From: Acidobacteriota bacterium
GTDB lineage: Bacteria > Acidobacteriota > UBA6911 > JACQSX01 > JBPCNK01
NCBI GenBank assembly: GCA_051001345.1
Contig: JBPCNK010000201.1
Location: forward strand, 1 to 54,689
DNA: 54,689 nt
Reading direction: 5' to 3'
In this document: piece by piece, positions 8,525 to 19,576 of the stretch
How the letters are laid out: each line of letters starts with the position of its first letter
Numbering within the stretch: the stretch's first letter is position 1
Notes under the pieces: model-generated
What the model was told of the DNA's origin: nothing
Databases searched by the model: none
Seen by the model: the letters and a program-made list of their open reading frames with translations, nothing else
Program-made: the position numbers and the translations under genes

Positions 8525-9148
8525 CTAATGGTGTCGTGCGGCCTCCAAAATCTTTGTCACCTCAGCTGTTTCTCCGTTGAAATATTTCTTGGAAACGTAG
8601 CCCAACGCCCTCTGAGCCCCCCTCCGCTCAGCCTTTATTATTTCATTGATCTTCCGAGCGTTGGGACCAGACCAACTCCCATCAGAAAACTCGACATAAT
8701 CTACGATGAGTTGGATACCACTTGGCTCCGTACCAAATTGGATCTGATCATCGAACTCGGCGGATACAATTCGTAGCGGCTCGGTTCCATTAGTTGTACC
8801 CGGAAGCAGTCGTGAGTCGAACCATTCAGTCTGGGAGAATTGGATGCTTTCACCCACGACCACATTGTAGATGAAGACGCCAGCAGTAATTTGCTTTTCT
8901 GTCTGGTTCTGGAAAAAAAAATTGGCCCTTTCAATGGTCCGCTCAAGTTTAGATACGTCTGTTCTTACCAAACGCAAATCAGTGGCACCAAGTTGCCGGA
9001 TTGAAATTGGTCGTGGACCATTTGTGAGGAACCGCTCAGGAGGGTCTAGGCTCTTCTGGCCCTCGCTGTGTCGTTGTGCCGGAGATACCACTTGAAAGGA
9101 ATTCAGAAGTGCAGCTGTGATTGATAGGATCAAAAATATTCTTGTCAT
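8525..9148 (-). CDS. Hypothetical secreted protein
   Basis: An internal ATG at 9148 gives MTRIFLILSITAALLNSFQVVSPA, a signal-like N-terminus. I recognise no family. Lies in the lower-GC region. Confidence 0.5.
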   Translation of the reverse strand: MTRIFLILSITAALLNSFQVVSPAQRHSEGQKSLDPPERFLTNGPRPISIRQLGATDLRLVRTDVSKLERTIERANFFFQNQTEKQITAGVFIYNVVVGESIQFSQTEWFDSRLLPGTTNGTEPLRIVSAEFDDQIQFGTEPSGIQLIVDYVEFSDGSWSGPNARKINEIIKAERRGAQRALGYVSKKYFNGETAEVTKILEAARHH

Positions 9149-9583
9149 GTTATTGCGCGGCAATCGACGCGAGCGCCGCTCCTCCTGTGACAAAATGCGG
9201 CTTGTACCAAGAACATCATAGCCAAAAAGCACCGTACTTTCAAGGTATCTATTACCACTGTTGTCGAAAATTAGCTGAGAATCGGTTCAGAATTCGGGCT
9301 CTTCGCCGATTTGTATGCGCAGCTCTAATGTGGCGCAATCGATTGGAATCACGGCTTTTCTTGCCTCGACCGAAGGTCTCTGATGACGACGAGCGCCGCG
9401 GCCTGGACCCCGCAACGGTCGAGCGCGTGAAACACCCGTTCTCGGCCAAGTGATCCAAACATCGACGGGACAACCATCAACGTATCCAATGCATTAGGGG
9501 CGTCATCGCGATCGGCGCAGACCTGCATACAAAATCGGCGAAGACCCCTTTTTGCTTTTTCATCTTGTGAATAATCCGGCCTG

Positions 9584-10543
9584 CTATGTCACTTCGCCGC
9601 CAAACTCCGCCCCGATTCCTTGGGCGCGGGCTTTTTCGTAGACGAAAATTCCGACGGCAAGATCTTCGAGCGCCAACCCCAACGATTTGAAAACTGTAAT
9701 CTGCCGCGCGTCGACGCGGCCGCGAGAGGGATCGGCAACGATCTCGGCCAGCTCACGCATGCGGTCCAGATGCAGAAGGCCGCGCTCGATCCCTTCCAGA
9801 AAATCCCCGGCTTCCAGCGCGGCCTGCCGCCGGCTGTCGACAACCACCAGGTCGGCGCGTGTCAGCAGGGCGGTAGGAAGTTCGCGGCGCGTCAGTGCGT
9901 TGGATCCTGTGGCGTTGATGTGACAGCCTGCCGCGACCCATTCCTCGCGCAGGACTGGCTCGGCGGCAAACGTGGCCGTGCAGATGACCTCGGCGCCTTC
10001 GACCGCCTCGCGTGCAGAAGCGGCCGAACGCAGCGGCGCGCCGGCAACCGACATTGCTTCGATAAACGACGCAACATTGTCGGGCTGGCGGCTCCAGACG
10101 CGGACCTCGGAAAAATCGCGCACCGAGGCAATCGCTTCCAACTGGCTGCGCGCCTGCCAGCCCGAGCCGATGATGGCGGCGGTTCGGGCGCCGGCCCGGG
10201 CCAGCAGCCGCGTGGCCAGGCCGCTGGCCGCCCCCGTGCGAATCTGCCCGAGCTGGTCGGCCTCCATCATCGCTAGGAGCTGACCGCTGGCGGCGTCAAA
10301 GAGGTGGAAGAAAAATCGCGCTTTGCCGGCTGCCGTCGTATAGGCCTTGTAGCCGAAATACCCTGCGGCCGGCAGCGCGGCGGAAAGCCAGTGCAGAGTC
10401 CCTCCGGGATAGCGCAAGCGCCTGCGCGGCTCGTTGATGGCGCGTCCGGCGTGCCAGGATCTAAAGGCTTTCTCCAGCAGACCGATCGCCTCGCGCACGG
10501 TGACGAGGGAAGCGACTTGCTCTTCGTTCAGGTACAGAAACAT
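9584..10543 (-). CDS. Ornithine cyclodeaminase / mu-crystallin family protein
   Basis: MFLYLNEEQVASL..., GQIRTGAASGLATRLLAR, AAIIGSGWQARSQLEA (Rossmann fold). ATG 10543 is preferred over GTG 10561. Confidence 0.8.
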   Translation of the reverse strand: MFLYLNEEQVASLVTVREAIGLLEKAFRSWHAGRAINEPRRRLRYPGGTLHWLSAALPAAGYFGYKAYTTAAGKARFFFHLFDAASGQLLAMMEADQLGQIRTGAASGLATRLLARAGARTAAIIGSGWQARSQLEAIASVRDFSEVRVWSRQPDNVASFIEAMSVAGAPLRSAASAREAVEGAEVICTATFAAEPVLREEWVAAGCHINATGSNALTRRELPTALLTRADLVVVDSRRQAALEAGDFLEGIERGLLHLDRMRELAEIVADPSRGRVDARQITVFKSLGLALEDLAVGIFVYEKARAQGIGAEFGGEVT

Positions 10544-10594
10544 GGTTCGGTAGCGTAACACGTTCGGTTAGCGATCGCTGTTCGTGGGACTAGT

Positions 10595-10636
10595 GGACTG
10601 TAACATCTGAATTGATACCAACAGCATTGATCCTAG
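10595..10636. repeat. 42-bp unit GGACTGTAACATCTGAATTGATACCAACAGCATTGATCCTAG, identical to 22462-22503
   Basis: Exact 42/42 match between the two loci. Both copies end in CTAG. Confidence 0.95.
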
Positions 10637-10638
10637 TG

Positions 10639-10779
10639 ACGCTTTGCGGTGCAATGAAAAGCGGCTTCACCACAGAGACCGCGCGGCGTAGCCGCAACCA
10701 AAGTCGGCAGCCGGCAGTAGGCAGCGCCGGCCTGCGGCATACGGCATACGGCATACGGTTGGCGCCAATCCGCAATTGT
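10639..10779. repeat. Mosaic repeat: module ACGCTTTGCGGTGCAATGAAAAGCGGCTTCACCACAGAGAC...GCCGCAACC, an ATACGGC array and AATCCGC units
   Basis: The module recurs at 50122-50185 (about 80% identity). CGGCATA x3 at 10733-10757. CAATCCGCAATTG at 10767-10779. Confidence 0.85.
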
Positions 10780-10807
10780 AATTGACATGGGCCTGCTCTT
10801 AGAAATA

Positions 10808-10829
10808 GGTTAGTAAGTCTTTACTAACC
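10808..10829. promoter_or_regulatory. Candidate TetR operator: GGTTAGTAA-GTCT-TTACTAACC
   Basis: Perfect 9-bp arms, 20 bp upstream of the tetR GTG. A TTGACA at 10782-10787 lies 18 nt upstream of TAGGTT, which overlaps the left arm. Confidence 0.55.
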
Positions 10830-10848
10830 ACTTTGAAGAGGACAAGAC

Positions 10849-11472
10849 GTGGTTCGCAAAAGTGCGCCGGCTCGAAGCCGGATGGCCGGCCGGGATCGCA
10901 GGCTGCAGATCATAGAAGTTGCCTCCAAGCTGTATTCGGCCCACGGGTTCCGCGTAACGACCAAGCAGATCGCAGCCGCGGCAGGCGTCAGCGAAGCCGG
11001 CCTTTACAAATACTTTGCCTCGAAGAAGGAACTCTTTGCCGCCATCATCGACAGCCAGATCGCGCAGCCCATGGCCATGCCGGTCAAAGCCGCCGACAGG
11101 TCGGACGATTACGAAGTCTTCTACACGATCGCGCACGGCATCCTGAGGAAACTTGAGATTCAACCGACGTTTTTGCGGACGCTGTATTTCAGCGCGCTCG
11201 AGTCGCAAGAGCTTTCCGACATGGTGTTTGTCTCTTACGCGGAACCGCTCCACCAGTTCCTGGGAGGCTATATCGCGCGTCGCATCAAGGAAGGCGCTTT
11301 CAAAAAAGTCGAACCCGAAATGGCGGTGCGCGCATTTCTTGGAATGGTGATCAACCACATCATTTCGGTCGAGTTTTTCCAGAAAGAGCCGGTCGGTCCC
11401 AAGCGTCTCGATAAAGCCGCCGAGTACTTCGTTCGGTTGTTTCTCGACGGCGCACAGCACAGCAAAGGCTGA
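10849..11472 (+). CDS. TetR/AcrR family transcriptional regulator
   Basis: HTH region RLQIIEVASKLYSAHGFRVTTKQIAAAAGVSEAGLYKYFASKKELF. Heads the efflux operon. Confidence 0.9.
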   Translation: MVRKSAPARSRMAGRDRRLQIIEVASKLYSAHGFRVTTKQIAAAAGVSEAGLYKYFASKKELFAAIIDSQIAQPMAMPVKAADRSDDYEVFYTIAHGILRKLEIQPTFLRTLYFSALESQELSDMVFVSYAEPLHQFLGGYIARRIKEGAFKKVEPEMAVRAFLGMVINHIISVEFFQKEPVGPKRLDKAAEYFVRLFLDGAQHSKG

Positions 11473-11474
11473 AC

Positions 11475-13202
11475 ATGTCACGGTGCAAAGGCAGATTTGC
11501 AGCGATTCCAATTCTCGTACTGGTCTGTCTGAGCGCGGTCGCGCGAAGTGAACGTCCGACCGACGCTGCGGGCAATAAGTCCGAGGGAGCGTTTTACTTT
11601 TTGACACGTCCTTACCGGCCGCCGCAGCTGGCCCTGGTAAAAGTCTCCGACCGCGGAATCGAGCGCGTCGACCTGCGCGCGGGCCGCATCGAACTGACCG
11701 AACGGCAGGCGATTTTGCTGGCGATCGAGTCCAACCTGGACGTGCAAATCGAGCGCCTCGCGCCCGAGCGCAGCCGCTGGGAAGTCCTGGGCGCTCGGTC
11801 CATTTTGGATACGCGTCTGGACGTCAACGCCAGCCGCGATCGGCAGCGCACGCCGGCGTCAAGCCTGCTGGCCGGCGGCGACAGCATCACGCAGATTGTC
11901 GATCTGTTGGAAGCCGGCGCTACCAAGCTCTTTTCGCGTGGAACCGAGGCCAGCCTGAAGGCACGCATTTTCCGCTTTGAAACCTCCAGCATCTTTACCA
12001 GCCTCAATCCCGCAATCAATACAGAGCTGACTCTGTCGCTGGTCCAGCCGCTGCTGAAGAACTATGGCCGCAGCACTACCTTGTGGCGTGTTCGCCAGGC
12101 TGAGAACAATCACGCCATCGCCCAGGCCGATTTTGAACAGGCCGTCGAAAACGTCGTGGCCGGCGTGCGCAGGACCTACTGGGAGCTGGCGCACGATCGC
12201 GAGGAGATCGCCGTGCGCGAAAAGGCCGTCGAGCTGGCGCGCGTCACACTGGAGAACAACCGCAGGCAATTGGAAAACGGCGTAGCTGCCCGGCTGGACG
12301 TCATTCAGGCCGAGGCCGAAGTAGCCGCGCGCCAGGAGCGCCTGATCGCCGCACGCTATCGATATCGCATTGATCAGGATCAACTGAAAACGCAGCTGAC
12401 TTCCAGCCTGGCGCCCGAAAAGATTGTGGGAGAAATCGTCCCGCTCGAGCCACTCGCCGACGTGGCCGCCGTCGTGCTCCCCTCCGGCGAGGAGGCGCTC
12501 GAGCAGGCCTTGCGCCATCGGCGCGACGTAAGGCGGCAGGAGTTGGAGATCGACAATCGCCGCATCCAGGAGCGCTACACGGCCAACCAGTTGCGGCCCC
12601 AACTGGACCTGCTGGCCAGCTACACGCAGTTCGGGCTGGGAGGCAATCGGTTGATCCGGGATTTTTCCGGCGGAAATATTTTTACGGCGCCCACCATCGG
12701 TATCGACCCCTCCGGGATCGGACGCTCCTATCGAGAACTGTTCGGCGGCGATTTTCTGGGATGGCTTGCCGGCGTGCGGCTGACGGTCTGGCTGGACAAC
12801 GACCGGGCCCGTGCCGATAGCGCCCGGGCGCAACTGGAGGTGCGCGAGCAGGAAATGCGGGGGAGGGCGCTGCGCCAGCGAATATCGCTCGAGGTACAAA
12901 CCGCCTTGAATCTTCTGGAAATGAACCGGGCTCGCCTCGAGAGCGCGCGCGAATCCGTGCGTTTTTTGCACCAGCGGATAGATGGCGAGCAGGCGAAGTT
13001 CGAAAACGGCCTGGCCACGACCCGCGACCTGATTGAAGCGCAGCGCGATCTGGCGCTGGGCGAAAGCCTGGCGCTGCGCGCCAGAGTGGACTGGATCCAG
13101 AGTTTGATCGAGCTGCAGCGCGCGATGGGGACGATATTGCTGTCCCAACACATTGAGATCGGCGCCCTGAAAGGAGAACGGCCGGATGCGGTCAACCGGT
13201 AG
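11475..13202 (+). CDS. TolC-family outer membrane efflux protein
   Basis: 575 aa. Signal-like N-terminus. Two repeated coiled-coil/beta segments. Sits next to the MFP and RND genes. Confidence 0.8.
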   Translation: MSRCKGRFAAIPILVLVCLSAVARSERPTDAAGNKSEGAFYFLTRPYRPPQLALVKVSDRGIERVDLRAGRIELTERQAILLAIESNLDVQIERLAPERSRWEVLGARSILDTRLDVNASRDRQRTPASSLLAGGDSITQIVDLLEAGATKLFSRGTEASLKARIFRFETSSIFTSLNPAINTELTLSLVQPLLKNYGRSTTLWRVRQAENNHAIAQADFEQAVENVVAGVRRTYWELAHDREEIAVREKAVELARVTLENNRRQLENGVAARLDVIQAEAEVAARQERLIAARYRYRIDQDQLKTQLTSSLAPEKIVGEIVPLEPLADVAAVVLPSGEEALEQALRHRRDVRRQELEIDNRRIQERYTANQLRPQLDLLASYTQFGLGGNRLIRDFSGGNIFTAPTIGIDPSGIGRSYRELFGGDFLGWLAGVRLTVWLDNDRARADSARAQLEVREQEMRGRALRQRISLEVQTALNLLEMNRARLESARESVRFLHQRIDGEQAKFENGLATTRDLIEAQRDLALGESLALRARVDWIQSLIELQRAMGTILLSQHIEIGALKGERPDAVNR

Positions 13203-14424
13203 CACCTGCATGCAAACATGGAGGCCCTCGGCGTTGTGGCCGCGACTCTGCGGCGCCGCGCTGCTGGCGCTCGTGGTTGCGACGCCGGCCTGCCGCGGAC
13301 CTGAGCCGGTTGCCGGCGAGGCCCGGGCCGATCAGCCCGTTGAAGTCAGCGTCGCTGAAGTCCGCCGCGTGACGGTAGCCGATAAGGTCGAGACGACGGG
13401 AACGCTTGTCGCCAATCAAAGCGTCGAGGTTTTTCCGGAAGTCGACGGAATCGCGCGAGTCATCGAGGTCGACCTGGGAGATCGGGTTCAAAAGGGGCAA
13501 CCCCTGGTGCGGCTCAACGATGACAAATACCGGTTGCGTCTGGAAAGCGCCCAGGCTTCGCTTGAGCGAATCTACGCCAGCATGGGACTCAACGAGCGCG
13601 GCGAGAATCTGGTTTCGGCCGAGGTCCCGTTTGTACGGCAGGCGCAGGCGCAACTTGATGAAGCTCGCATCCAGCATGGCCGTGTCAAGATCCTGGTTGA
13701 AAAGGGAGTCCTGCCCACCGGCAACCTGGTGACCGCCACCCGTAACTTGAAAGTCGCCGAGGCGGCCCTCCAAGGAGCGCTTGACAACGTGCGCAACTGG
13801 CAGGGCGCCTCGGGCGAAGCTCGCGCGGCCATCAGTCTGGCGCGCAAGAACCTCCAGGACACCGTCGTTCGCGCGCCGTTCACCGGCTTTGTCCAGCAGA
13901 AACTGGTTTCTCTTGGGGAACTGGTCAACCCGTCTCGAAAGCTATTCGTTCTGGTCGATGTCGATCCGCTGAAGCTCAACGCCGCCCTACCAGAAAAATA
14001 TGCGCCACGGCTGAAAGCCGGTTTGGCGGTGGACGTGCGAGTGGACGCCTTCGCCGACCGCGTATTCCGGGGCCGCGTTTCGCGCGTCAGTCCATCGGTC
14101 GACCCCGCGGCTCGCACGCTGCAGTTTGAAGCGATCCTGCCCAATGCCGGTTGGAAGCTCAAGCCGGGAACGTTCTCGCGGGTCGACGTCCTCTTTGGAG
14201 AGAAGGATGCCCTGACGGTTCCGCAGAAAGCGGTCTATTCGATTGCCGGAAACCGAAAGGTGTTTGTCGTATCAGGTGGGACAGTGCGCTCGCGTACGGT
14301 CACCACCGGCAATGCGATCGAAGATCAGATTGTAGTCGAAGGCTTGAAGGCGGGTGAGCGCGTCGTTACTTCGCAACTCAACCAGTTGGGCGAGGGTCAG
14401 GCTGTCAAAACTACGAAGGACTAG
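13186..14424 (+). CDS. Efflux RND periplasmic adaptor (membrane fusion protein, HlyD/AcrA family)
   Basis: 412 aa. AGGAG about 10 nt upstream of ATG 13186 (alternative ATG at 13210). Lipoyl-like, hairpin and beta-barrel order: GQPLVRLNDD ... VRAPFTGFV ... NPS.KLF.LV. Confidence 0.85.
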   Translation: MRSTGSTCMQTWRPSALWPRLCGAALLALVVATPACRGPEPVAGEARADQPVEVSVAEVRRVTVADKVETTGTLVANQSVEVFPEVDGIARVIEVDLGDRVQKGQPLVRLNDDKYRLRLESAQASLERIYASMGLNERGENLVSAEVPFVRQAQAQLDEARIQHGRVKILVEKGVLPTGNLVTATRNLKVAEAALQGALDNVRNWQGASGEARAAISLARKNLQDTVVRAPFTGFVQQKLVSLGELVNPSRKLFVLVDVDPLKLNAALPEKYAPRLKAGLAVDVRVDAFADRVFRGRVSRVSPSVDPAARTLQFEAILPNAGWKLKPGTFSRVDVLFGEKDALTVPQKAVYSIAGNRKVFVVSGGTVRSRTVTTGNAIEDQIVVEGLKAGERVVTSQLNQLGEGQAVKTTKD

Positions 14425-14630
14425 GGACTAAGGACGAGGGACGAAGTACGAAGGACGAGGGACGAGGGACGAAAAACAAGGGACAAATGACGAGTTACGA
14501 AGAACGAATTACGAATGCAGACGACTGGCGTCCGTAACTCATACTTCTTAACTCGTCCTTCGTCCCTCGTCCTTCGTCCCTCGTCCTTCGTCCCTCGTCC
14601 TTCGTCCTTCGTCCTTCGTAGTTCCGTAGC
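14412..14630. repeat. About 220-bp palindrome built from GGACGAR and TTACGAR heptamers, between the MFP and RND genes
   Basis: Left arm about 14412-14517 and right arm about 14535-14630 are reverse-complementary arrays (TCGTCCTTCGTCCCTCGTCC...). The left arm overlaps the last codons of the MFP gene. Confidence 0.9.
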
Positions 14631-14685
14631 TCGCGCTTGGGGACGCCTCGAGTTATGAAGAATCTGGTTTTGTAAAGGGTAGAGT

Positions 14686-17808
<3,123 letters not shown>

Positions 17809-17812
17809 GTGG

Positions 17813-17838
17813 GACAGGCCTCCAGCCTGTCAGCTTTT
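17813..17838 (+). terminator. Candidate terminator hairpin GACAGGC-CTCCA-GCCTGTC followed by AGCTTTT
   Basis: 7-bp GC-rich stem, 5 nt after the RND stop codon, with a short T-run. The same palindrome occurs at 24644-24662. Confidence 0.4.
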
Positions 17839-17997
17839 GAGCGGGTCCGGCGCCTGTCCGGGCCGCGCGCATAAGCGAGCGGGCGATCAGTGGCGCGATG
17901 TTCACGGGTAATGGCGACGCCACCCGGGATGAAGAGCACGCAGCCCTGGGAGGCGCCGCCGATGTCAGTGCCGTACCCGGAAGGGTACGGGTAATCG

Positions 17998-18113
17998 ATG
18001 ACGTCCACGAGCACGTGCACGAGCGCGTCCACGAGCACGATCACGTCAACGAGAACGATCACGTCAACGTGCACAATCACGTCCTGACCCCTGACCCCTG
18101 AAGCCTGACCCCT
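17998..18113. repeat. Composite repeat: 6-nt-period tract (GTCCAC GAGCAC GTGCAC GAGCGC ...), then CTGACCC and GAAGCCT heptamers
   Basis: A homologous copy lies in the opposite orientation at 43696-43798. Confidence 0.9.
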
Positions 18114-18156
18114 AATGTAAGTTCCCGCCAAAAGCTCCAATCCCTATAATGGCGTC

Positions 18157-19521
18157 ATGAGGCGCATCGTGGTCATCGGAGGCGGCCTGGCCGGATCCGA
18201 GGCCGCTTGGCAGGTCGCCCAGGCCGGCCTGACCGTCGAATTATTCGAGATGCGACCGGTGCGGCAAACGCCTGCACACCGGACCGACCGGTTGGCAGAA
18301 CTGGTCTGCAGCAATTCGCTGAAGTCCGACCTGCCGGGTTCGGCGCCCTTCCTGCTCAAGCGCGAAATGAAAATGATGGACTCGCTGATCCTGCGAGTCG
18401 CCGAAACCTGCCGCGTCCCGGCGGGCGCGGCGCTGGCAGTCGATCGCGAGCTCTTTGCGGCGGGTGTCACCGCTGCGATCCAGTCCCATGCTTGCATCCA
18501 TCTCCGGCGCGAAGAGCTGACGGAAATCCCCGACGATTGCATTGCGATTGTGGCAACCGGCCCGTTGACGTCGCCGGGCCTGGCCGAGGCGATCCGCGGG
18601 TTGACGGGCCAGGACTCCTTTTACTTTTATGACGCCATCAGTCCGGTGGTCGAAGCCGATTCGATCGATTTCGACATCGTCTTCCGCGCTTCGCGTTACG
18701 GCAAAGGCGGGGACGATTACCTGAACTGTCCGATGACGGAGGCTGAGTACGACCGCTTCTACGAAGCCCTGCTGGCCGCCGAGGCGGTACCGGCCAAGGA
18801 GTTCGAGAAGGCGATGTTTTTTGAGGGCTGCCTGCCGATCGAAGAACTGGCGCGGCGCGGGCGGCTGACGCTGGCATTCGGTCCGATGAAACCGGTGGGC
18901 CTCGTCGATCCGCGCACCGGCCAGCGTCCGTTCGCGGTCGTGCAGTTGCGCCAGGAGAATCTGCTGGCTGATGCGTACAATCTCGTCGGCTTTCAGAATC
19001 ATTTGCGCTACGGCGAGCAGCAGCGCATTTTCCGGATGATTCCCGGACTGGAGCAAGCTGAGTTTATCCGGCTCGGGCAGATCCACCGCAACACCTTCAT
19101 CAATGCTCCGCGGCTGCTGCAACCGACCTTACAGTTGCGCCGGCGCCCCGAAGTCCTGTTTGCCGGGCAGATCTGCGGCGTCGAGGGATATGTGGAGTCT
19201 GCGATGACCGGCATCCTGGCGGGAAGAAACGCCGCTCGCATCGCCGCCGGATCGCCGGGCTTGGAATTTCCCCGCCAGACGGCCTGCGGCAGCCTGATTC
19301 ACTACCTGATGAATGCCGATCCAAAGGGATTTCAGCCGATGAATATCGCCTTCGGATTGCTGCCTGCGCTGGACGACGACGAGCGCCGGCGATTGCGGGC
19401 TAAAAAGGACCGGCGGGGGAGGCAGAGTGAAATTGCGTTGCAGGCGATGGACGACTACTTGAATCAGCAACCTGAGGTCAGACAGAAAATTGGGGATTGG
19501 GGATTGGGGATTGGGGATTAA
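18157..19521 (+). CDS. trmFO: Methylenetetrahydrofolate--tRNA-(uracil54-C5)-methyltransferase TrmFO
   Basis: 454 aa. VVIGGGLAGSEAAWQ FAD-binding motif. AELVCSNSLKSD. Overall Gid/TrmFO pattern. The last ~10 codons (KIGDWGLGIGD) are encoded by a GGGGATT array. Confidence 0.9.
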   Translation: MRRIVVIGGGLAGSEAAWQVAQAGLTVELFEMRPVRQTPAHRTDRLAELVCSNSLKSDLPGSAPFLLKREMKMMDSLILRVAETCRVPAGAALAVDRELFAAGVTAAIQSHACIHLRREELTEIPDDCIAIVATGPLTSPGLAEAIRGLTGQDSFYFYDAISPVVEADSIDFDIVFRASRYGKGGDDYLNCPMTEAEYDRFYEALLAAEAVPAKEFEKAMFFEGCLPIEELARRGRLTLAFGPMKPVGLVDPRTGQRPFAVVQLRQENLLADAYNLVGFQNHLRYGEQQRIFRMIPGLEQAEFIRLGQIHRNTFINAPRLLQPTLQLRRRPEVLFAGQICGVEGYVESAMTGILAGRNAARIAAGSPGLEFPRQTACGSLIHYLMNADPKGFQPMNIAFGLLPALDDDERRRLRAKKDRRGRQSEIALQAMDDYLNQQPEVRQKIGDWGLGIGD

Positions 19522-19548
19522 TTTCGGATTGGGGATTGCGGATTGAGG
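19490..19548. repeat. GGGGATT x4 array, then GCGGATT-type units
   Basis: TTGGGGATTGGGGATTGGGGATTGGGGATT at 19490-19519 overlaps the trmFO 3' end. CGGATTGGGGATTGCGGATTGAGG at 19525-19548. Confidence 0.95.
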
Positions 19549-19576
19549 ACCGGCTCATGATTTCCGGGAGGGCGCA

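Noticed and set aside
9149-9583. A possible gene or ncRNA in the 435-bp gap upstream of the secreted hypothetical protein (track ORFs 9121..9453(+) and 9252..9473(-)).
   Set aside because: Both ORFs are Arg-rich and low-complexity with no SD. I recognise no structured-RNA signature, so this is probably a promoter/leader region or decayed DNA of the low-GC islet.
17998-18085. The hexamer tract read as a His-rich (VHEHVHERVHEHDHVNENDH) metal-binding peptide gene.
   Set aside because: There is no plausible start codon with an SD. The same tract occurs in the opposite orientation at 43730-43798, and it is fused to non-coding heptamers.
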